Source: an uncultured Phycisphaerae bacterium (lineage in GTDB: Bacteria; Planctomycetota; Phycisphaerae; JAAYCJ01). From it: DNA of 64,000 nucleotides. The notes under the pieces were generated by a model. It made no database searches. It saw nothing but the letters and a program-made list of their open reading frames with translations, and was not told the DNA's origin. Position 1 is the stretch's first letter. Each line of letters opens with the position of its first letter. Positions 58,658-64,000 of the stretch are shown here, in pieces. The stretch is from NCBI GenBank assembly GCA_964563935.1, contig CAZLZE010000005.1:3961-67960 (forward strand). Reading direction: 5' to 3'. The translations under genes were made by a program, and so were the position numbers.

Positions 58658-60202
58658 TCACGGCACGATCTTGATCTCCGCCCAGACCAGGCTGTGCGTC
58701 TTGTGAACCTTCGACATCACCTCCACCACGTTGTAACCGCGATTCATCCCGCCGAGCGGAATATCATACCCGAACACCTGCTTGGCTATCGGATGAACAG
58801 TCCCCGGAACCAGACCCGGCACGAACGTACACAACGCACCGTTGACGCGAACCTCGAACTGCTCGCCCTCCGACCTTTCCTCTGCTCCGATCCCGAAGAA
58901 CACATACGCCTTGCCCGACGTCGGCTTGGGCCCGATATGAATTCGCAGCGTCGCCGTCCGATCCTTTCGGCATTCCAACGGAAGCCGCTGGATCACCGGC
59001 TCGCCCGGCGCCTGCGTGTCCACAAACGTCACCACATGTCGACGAGGATATTTTGTCGCGGTCTCCAGCTCGCCGATCTGCGACAGCAGCACCTTGCGAT
59101 CCGACTCCTTGAACTCCTGCATCTCCAGCGTGCAGTTACCAGCGTCCATGTAATTGAACAGATAGATCCGATCCGCTCCACGGTCCAGCGCCGATACCGC
59201 CGCCCCGCGCACCGTCTCCGGCGTGCTCGTCATGCGTCCACTCGTCCAGGCCGCGTCGAACGGCCGAATCATAATCTCCTGCCCCGCCGCCAGCACACCC
59301 GGCCAGTCGCCCAGCAGTTCCTTCCACAGCTCAATCGGAATATCAAACTCGTTGGTCGTAAAAAACGGCGTCACGACGATCATATCCACCAGGCGTTTCT
59401 TCGCCCACTCGATCGCGTCCATCCCCATATCGCGAGCCGTCCACGGCCGCGTCGGTACCCGCACCCCGATCTTGATCCGATGACCGCGATTCTTCTCCCA
59501 CGCATCCGCCTCTCGCCGAACCTCGCCCATAAACTCCGTCAGTATGCTTCGCCCTGCCTCCTCGTGCCCCGGCGGAAAATGTACGCCGAACCGCATCCAG
59601 TCCAGCTCCAACCCGTCCGCATCGTATCGCTCCAGCAGTTCCTTCACCAGTGACATCATGTAGTCTCGAACCGGCTTCTTACCATAATCAAGCGCCCGAT
59701 CGTTCCACCCCTCCATTCGATAGTCCACGCACCACAGTTCGGGATGCGCCAGCCAGAATTCTCCGTGCAGGACCGAGTTCAGATTGTGCGCATCGTGAAC
59801 GTCGTTCATTCGCATCGAAAGCCACGGCGACATGCCCTTCTCACGCGTGTACTTCAGCCACACCGCGTACGGATCGATTCCCTTCTCGTTCAGCGTCCAC
59901 GTGTTCAGCAGCAGCCGGTGCATCCCCTCGCGGTCCGCAATGGTCGTATCCGGATCCGTTCCGAAATGCTTGTTGATCATCGGCTGATCCACCCCGACCT
60001 TCGGATCAAACCCCGCCCAATACGGCGTCCATACCTTCGTCGCATAGCTCACCCGCTGCGCGCACGGATTGAACACCAACTCCTTCATCTGCGGCGAGGT
60101 GTAATTGTCCACCATCTCCTTGAGGCCTTCGACCGTCATCTGCTCCACGTTGCGCGTAAAATAAAAATGCGAATCGTCTTCGTTCAGGGCGATACCGGAC
60201 AT
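58658..60202 (-). CDS. Hypothetical TIM-barrel glycoside-hydrolase-like protein
   Basis: AAGGAG ribosome-binding site; 514 aa. DGLELDWMRF motif is reminiscent of GH-like 10/DUF-type hydrolases. No secure family. Confidence 0.6.
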   Translation of the reverse strand: MSGIALNEDDSHFYFTRNVEQMTVEGLKEMVDNYTSPQMKELVFNPCAQRVSYATKVWTPYWAGFDPKVGVDQPMINKHFGTDPDTTIADREGMHRLLLNTWTLNEKGIDPYAVWLKYTREKGMSPWLSMRMNDVHDAHNLNSVLHGEFWLAHPELWCVDYRMEGWNDRALDYGKKPVRDYMMSLVKELLERYDADGLELDWMRFGVHFPPGHEEAGRSILTEFMGEVRREADAWEKNRGHRIKIGVRVPTRPWTARDMGMDAIEWAKKRLVDMIVVTPFFTTNEFDIPIELWKELLGDWPGVLAAGQEIMIRPFDAAWTSGRMTSTPETVRGAAVSALDRGADRIYLFNYMDAGNCTLEMQEFKESDRKVLLSQIGELETATKYPRRHVVTFVDTQAPGEPVIQRLPLECRKDRTATLRIHIGPKPTSGKAYVFFGIGAEERSEGEQFEVRVNGALCTFVPGLVPGTVHPIAKQVFGYDIPLGGMNRGYNVVEVMSKVHKTHSLVWAEIKIVP

Positions 60203-60337
60203 AGGTGACTCCTTTATATACCGTGGAAGCGCATCCTATCGTCGCTCCCGAAAAAAGTAAAACTTTTTTATTTGTGTCATGACAGATGTATTATAGAATA
60301 CCGCGAAACAGCTCGGAAATACAAAGGAACCCGATAC

Positions 60338-61972
60338 ATGACGCCCATACGCATCAAGTCGAACTGGCAGCTCTTCATCGACGACTTCATCTGCGCCCGT
60401 ACGACCGGCTTTGACCGTATTGTGCATCACCCGCACTACAAGGGCGTGGTCATCCCCGCCGACAAGCCCTGGGAAACGGCGGGCGTAACCCCCAAGTTCG
60501 TCCAGCGTCAGCCGGACGGTACCTTCATCGCCCACTGCATGGCCATGTGGTGGGATAGTTCCCTGGCCAAGAAGGAAACAAGCTGCGCTCTGCACGTCGA
60601 CCGCGCTCACCAGATCGCCTCCGCCGTCGCCTACCTCACCAGTCCCGACGGTATTCACTGGGACAAACCCAATCTTGGCCTCATGGACGCCCCCGCCGGG
60701 ATCGACTGGTCCAACGCACCCTTCGCCGACGCCGCCGGAAAGACCCGCGACAACAATCTCGGCGTACCGTACATGTTCGTAGCCGACCTTATGACCCACG
60801 GCAACGTCTCCGATCCCGCCAAACGCTACGCTCTGCGCCTGGCCCCGCAGGCCCCCGGCGGATTCCCCATCGGCGCCAACTGGACCCTGGCGCCCAAAGG
60901 CTACTTCGCCGCGGAACTGCCCGATTTCATCCACGATCCGAACTGGCAGCAAAAACTCACCGACTCCGGCGGAAATTTTGATCCCCGCCGACACATCGTC
61001 CACTTCTGGGACGATATTCACGAAGAATGGGTCGCCATCGAACAGGGCGTGGTCCCCAACTGGCTACCGTCGCGCGAAATCGGACGATTCGCCTCCAAGG
61101 ACCTTGTTCATTGGACCAGCCAGTCCGTCCTCTATCCAGACGCGCTCGACCCGCATCGCCAGGACTACTACGACGAGCCCATGTCGATGCACCCGTTCTA
61201 CTCCGACGGCGTCGTCCTCGGACTGCTCGACTGGTTCCACTCCGATCGCACTCATCCGCTCGGCGGTCCGATCTTCAAAGACACCACCAAGCCCACCGGC
61301 CACCCCGACAACTGGCCCTTCTGCCGAAAGGGGCTCAACGAAGTCCGCATCACCATCTCCCGAGACGGCGGAAAGACCTGGGACCGCACCGCCAGCCGTG
61401 AAGCGTTCATCCCCCACGGCGTCGAGCACGACAGCGACAACCGCGTCATCTTCGCACCCTGCCCCCCCGTCCACGTCGACGATGAGGACTGGTTCTACAC
61501 CACCGTCGTCGGAGGCGATCATCTCCTGATCCTCGCTAACGCCGAACAGTCCAGCTACTATCGCGACCGCATCCCCAGGCAGCAGACCGGACTCTACGTC
61601 CAAAAGCACAACCGCTTCGTCAGCCTGACCGCAAAAAACTACAAGGAAATCCTCGTCACCAAGCCCGTCCTCTGCGAAGGCACGACCCTCCAGGTCAACG
61701 CCGACGCCTGCCGCGGCTCGATCCGCGTCGCCGTCGCACCCGGTGAACCCGTCATGACCTACAACGACACCACGCCCGCCGTCGCGCCGCATCTATTGCC
61801 CGCAAAGTGCCTGCCCGGCTTCACCTTCGACGACTGCGTCCCCCTCCAGGCCAACAGCGTTACCCAAAATGTCCACTTCAAAAACGCGAAGCTCGAATCC
61901 CTGAAGGGAAAGCCTGTCTGCCTCCTCTTCGAAGTACTCGACGCGGACCTTTACGGATTCCGCATCGCCTGA
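60338..61972 (+). CDS. BNR/Asp-box-containing beta-propeller protein (sialidase/GH-like)
   Basis: Asp-box SRDGGKTW. 545 aa from ATG 60338, which has an AAAGGA ribosome-binding site. Confidence 0.6.
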   Translation: MTPIRIKSNWQLFIDDFICARTTGFDRIVHHPHYKGVVIPADKPWETAGVTPKFVQRQPDGTFIAHCMAMWWDSSLAKKETSCALHVDRAHQIASAVAYLTSPDGIHWDKPNLGLMDAPAGIDWSNAPFADAAGKTRDNNLGVPYMFVADLMTHGNVSDPAKRYALRLAPQAPGGFPIGANWTLAPKGYFAAELPDFIHDPNWQQKLTDSGGNFDPRRHIVHFWDDIHEEWVAIEQGVVPNWLPSREIGRFASKDLVHWTSQSVLYPDALDPHRQDYYDEPMSMHPFYSDGVVLGLLDWFHSDRTHPLGGPIFKDTTKPTGHPDNWPFCRKGLNEVRITISRDGGKTWDRTASREAFIPHGVEHDSDNRVIFAPCPPVHVDDEDWFYTTVVGGDHLLILANAEQSSYYRDRIPRQQTGLYVQKHNRFVSLTAKNYKEILVTKPVLCEGTTLQVNADACRGSIRVAVAPGEPVMTYNDTTPAVAPHLLPAKCLPGFTFDDCVPLQANSVTQNVHFKNAKLESLKGKPVCLLFEVLDADLYGFRIA

Positions 61973-62188
61973 GATCGACATGCAAGCCAGGATACATGGG
62001 AGACTCAAAATGGATGATGTGAAAGCAAAACGATTCGGCACCATCGCACTGGCGATCTGCTTGGGCGGACTCGCATTGCCAATCACGGCCTGCAAAACGG
62101 CGTTGCATCATACAAAACCGTGCCCTCGCACACGAGCCTCACGGATTCTCCAGCGTCCAGCCAACGCGCTCGGACCCGAATTCTTACT

Positions 62189-64000
62189 TCAATCGCCCAA
62201 AAGCAACAGCCCGAATTTCCGCGGGTCCTTGAGCGGAAATACACCCAGCGCCGACGGGTCAATCTGCTCAGCCGTATCGCGATCATTGACGCTCAGGGCA
62301 AATCCAATCATCCCGGACTCCGGCTTCTTCTCGCCGCCCAGCGTCCGCCACGGAATGGCTGCCTCATAGACCATTCGATTTCCATCCCGCTTCACCGCCA
62401 GCTTCAGATCTTTCGGAGCAATAGCGCTGACGGGAAACTTCTCCCCGTCATACGACGCCGTCCGATACGCTTCCGCTCCGCTCTTCGTCAGGGCCAGATC
62501 GATCTCCGTATGACGATGCCGGCTGCCCTTGTCCGCCAGTTCATTACCGGTGTGAATCTCCTCCTTGCCAGGATCGAGATCGATCGCCAATTGAACGCAG
62601 TCGCCCTGCCATGTCGAATATCCGGTCGCGTCCTGCCGGTACACGTCATCGGTCGCCTCCACTGCCACGTAGAGGAACTGCTCATCATACGCAAAACGAA
62701 ACGCCGCCCGAAGATCATCATCGCCGCTGTGAAACTCCGGGCTGCGAACGACGTACTTGGTTCCCTGCAAGGTGACCGGAGCCACAGACGTCCACTCGGC
62801 CAGGTCGCCGTCGATATTCGGCAACGCCGATGGTTTCTTGACCGCAAAGAAATTCACGTCATTCGATTTCGTAACCGTATAGCCATTCGCCGCTCTCAGT
62901 ACCAGACTTGCCGAACATGTCTGAATCGGCGACACCGCAAGTTTGTCATAGACAACCCGCAGAAGCTTCGTTTCCCCAGGCGACAACTGATAATCGAGCG
63001 TCTTCGCAGCCTCCGGTACACCATTGACCTGAATCTGCAATGTACCCTTCGACCCGCAGCCCTGCATTTCGATAAGGGTTGTTTGCACGCCCAGCTTGCC
63101 GTTGTGGGACGCAAATGGCATGATGTCTTTGATCATCACAGGCGACTCGACCTTCACCGTGCACCCAGCCGCCGCCACCACCGCCCCATTCTGCGAAAGA
63201 TTCAAAGACATCGGGTACGTGCCCGACGCAATATCCACCGGCAGCCTAAATCGATACTCGAAAGGCGCACTTTCCAGCGAGATATCCTTCTCTGAGGCGA
63301 CATCCAGTTTGAGTTTCGCATCGTGGCTCAGCATAAGCCTGCCCTGAAGCGGCAGGTCCGCCACCGCCGTCAACGACCCGCGTATAACAACGTCCGAGCC
63401 GGGATAGGCGGTAATCCGCGACTGATCCAACTTGAGCGGTTTCACCGCCCTGCTCGACCAGAGCTTCGCCGACACGCCCGCCACATAGATCGGCTCTTGC
63501 TTGAGCTCCACAGTAAGTGTGCCGTTTTCCGTGGTCACGGTCTTCGCATTCCCCATCCAGTCGTACACCGTAACCGTGGCCGCTCCGACAGGAATTTTCA
63601 CCGTTCGCGGCGAATCGCCGAAATCCCACATCGCCAGGATGACCTGGTCACCACGTTCATACGCATATCCCAATGCGCTCTGGCCCAGCCAGTCGATCAC
63701 GCCCGCCGACTTGTGTCCTTCCACAAGACGCGACATCGCCGCAAACGCCGGAACGATCGGTTTGGGCGCGATCTTGTCCGTACCGTAATTGACCTGGGGA
63801 TTCAAATTGTAGAAAAACCCGTATCCAGCCTCGCACAAATAATCATGATAGTAGAACGAAATGCTCAACCGGAATCCTTCACCCAGCAGGATCAGGTTCG
63901 ACCGTACCAGCCCCCGGGCCTGCAAAAGTTCATTTTCCTTTTGTTCACCGGTCTGGAACCCGAGTTCAGTGGCAATCATCGGCAAATCCCGGCCGACATA
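62189..64000 (-). CDS. Glycoside-hydrolase-associated protein with C-terminal CBM9-like domain; 5' end beyond window
   Basis: ORF open to the window edge. C-terminal DGDLAEWTSVAPVTL...FRFAYDEQFLYVAVEATDD...GDCVQLAIDLD resembles CBM9/DOMON-like carbohydrate-binding modules. Confidence 0.6.
   Translation of the reverse strand, partial: YVGRDLPMIATELGFQTGEQKENELLQARGLVRSNLILLGEGFRLSISFYYHDYLCEAGYGFFYNLNPQVNYGTDKIAPKPIVPAFAAMSRLVEGHKSAGVIDWLGQSALGYAYERGDQVILAMWDFGDSPRTVKIPVGAATVTVYDWMGNAKTVTTENGTLTVELKQEPIYVAGVSAKLWSSRAVKPLKLDQSRITAYPGSDVVIRGSLTAVADLPLQGRLMLSHDAKLKLDVASEKDISLESAPFEYRFRLPVDIASGTYPMSLNLSQNGAVVAAAGCTVKVESPVMIKDIMPFASHNGKLGVQTTLIEMQGCGSKGTLQIQVNGVPEAAKTLDYQLSPGETKLLRVVYDKLAVSPIQTCSASLVLRAANGYTVTKSNDVNFFAVKKPSALPNIDGDLAEWTSVAPVTLQGTKYVVRSPEFHSGDDDLRAAFRFAYDEQFLYVAVEATDDVYRQDATGYSTWQGDCVQLAIDLDPGKEEIHTGNELADKGSRHRHTEIDLALTKSGAEAYRTASYDGEKFPVSAIAPKDLKLAVKRDGNRMVYEAAIPWRTLGGEKKPESGMIGFALSVNDRDTAEQIDPSALGVFPLKDPRKFGLLLLGD

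Noticed and set aside
1-64000. Search for transposases, integrases, tRNA genes, rRNA and CRISPR arrays
   Set aside because: None of the ORF translations shows DDE, tyrosine or serine recombinase motifs. Intergenic regions are short and lack tRNA-like structure. No repeat-spacer periodicity was seen.

Overview
High-GC bacterial chromosomal segment with tightly packed genes, usually with GGAGG-type ribosome-binding sites. The two prepilin-like DUF1559 proteins ([11 protein letters not shown]-terminus, C-terminal H-x9-DG-like motif) and the many Gfo/Idh/MocA, URO-D-like and glycoside hydrolase (GH) genes point to the PVC superphylum (Planctomycetota, Lentisphaerota or Kiritimatiellota-like).

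The first ~12 kb is housekeeping: the rpsB-tsf-pyrH-frr operon, rsmD, purM, a PurF without its catalytic Cys, an NAD-dependent epimerase and hemL.

From ~12.5 kb onward the window is dominated by carbohydrate-utilisation genes:
- A LacI-controlled island of dehydrogenases, two SGNH esterases, three URO-D-family proteins, an AraC regulator and a GH172.
- A core operon cysS-ruvC-ABC-F(Uup-like)-PLD-family nuclease, followed by ispF and murQ.
- An RRM RNA-binding protein, a Mut7-C RNase and a transglutaminase-like protein.
- A minus-strand polysaccharide-utilisation (PUL)-like operon: LacI, DUF1559 pseudopilin, a LamG-GH gene interrupted by an in-frame TAA, a second DUF1559 pseudopilin, and a GH.
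- GH42, cysK and a sodium:solute symporter.
- A large lipoprotein made of about eight InlB-B-repeat-like modules fused to a cyclophilin PPIase.
- A tagaturonate/fructuronate epimerase-like gene plus an SDR, a PaaI-family thioesterase, anmK, a GH36 alpha-galactosidase preceded by twin palindromes, and three further GH-like proteins.

No rRNA, tRNA, CRISPR array, transposase or integrase was recognised.
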